The position numbers were made by a program, and so were the translations under genes. DNA of 55,135 nucleotides from an uncultured archaeon (GTDB taxonomy: Archaea > Asgardarchaeota > Thorarchaeia > Thorarchaeales > Thorarchaeaceae): the NCBI GenBank assembly GCA_964458565.1, contig CAYWJO010000020.1, positions 1-55,135 on the forward strand, read 5' to 3'. Below the pieces are notes generated by a model. It was not told the origin of the DNA. It did no database searches and worked only from the letters and a program-made list of their open reading frames with translations. Positions 54,865-55,135 of the stretch are shown here, in pieces. Each line of letters starts with the position of its first letter. The first letter of the stretch is position 1.

Positions 54865-55135
54865 ATGGAACGTGCAGGAAAGGCGGTACTGATAAGCACT
54901 CTTGTAGTCGTAGGGCTCGTTGTGACACTGGTTGCAGTGGAGATATTCAGACCACCTCCCGAACCTACGACTGAGTTTAATGAATCAATTCTAACAAGTG
55001 ATTCCAGAACAAGTGGAGTGAAGGTCCTCAATATCAAGTACTTCAGGGACTGTGCGTTCTCACTTCAGTTCGTAGATGACCCTGACCTGTTCCTCTTGAT
55101 GGAAGTTGAGACCTACAAAGAATATGTGTACAGTC
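54865..55135 (+). CDS. Hypothetical secreted or N-terminally anchored protein, 3'-truncated by window edge
   Basis: Manual translation from ATG 54865 gives MERAGKAVLISTLVVVGLVVTLVAVEIFRPPPEP..., open to the end of the window. Confidence 0.6.
   Translation, partial: MERAGKAVLISTLVVVGLVVTLVAVEIFRPPPEPTTEFNESILTSDSRTSGVKVLNIKYFRDCAFSLQFVDDPDLFLLMEVETYKEYVYS

Noticed and set aside
901-55037. Many 60-170 aa ORFs nested in or antisense to long genes (e.g. 4201-4626, 13455-13934, 25825-26280, 26734-27255, 47708-48148, 54825-55037)
   Set aside because: They overlap well-supported genes and have shadow-like composition and no recognisable motifs.
1-55135. CRISPR array, tRNA or rRNA genes
   Set aside because: Intergenic gaps are all under ~200 bp, and I saw no spaced repeats or cloverleaf-like GC-rich segments. 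tRNAscan-SE or Infernal would be needed to exclude small RNAs.

Overview
About 55 kb of gene-dense archaeal chromosome. Archaeal markers are ApgM-type phosphoglycerate mutase, TrmI, A/V-type ATPase subunits and sequon-rich C-terminally anchored surface proteins. The gene style suggests an Asgard archaeon, probably Thorarchaeia; this is inference, since no marker rRNA is present. 1-26.4 kb: a cell-surface locus with six paralogous secreted, membrane-anchored arylsulfotransferase (ASST)-like proteins on Ig-like stalks of different lengths, one apparently catalytically dead and one apparently split. They are interleaved with pyk/eno/apgM, two NDP-sugar epimerases, an NDP-sugar dehydrogenase and a UPF0182 protein. 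26.5-33 kb: orphan peptide-binding protein, a GIY-YIG nuclease flanked by 10-bp direct repeats next to a decapitated gene, an FGGY kinase and a LarA-family racemase. 33-38.6 kb: a scrambled partial A/V-ATPase cluster (C, K, E, H/G, I) with an AtpZ/AtpI-like gene. 38.6-48.8 kb: alpha-solenoid protein, wHTH protein, trmI, HerA-like ATPase, pyrF and an aminotransferase. 48.8-54.3 kb: a complete bshA-bshB-bshC (bacillithiol-type) set near glmM, plus a 133-aa protein built as coiled coil, Ala/Pro linker and an Ena/VASP-like F-actin-binding motif. Top candidates for new biology: (1) the miniature Brk1/WAVE/VASP-like putative actin regulator, (2) archaeal bacillithiol biosynthesis with unusual BshB/BshC, (3) a PAPS-independent surface sulfation array. 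No rRNA, tRNA, CRISPR array or transposase was seen. All family calls come from motif recognition by eye; no searches were run.
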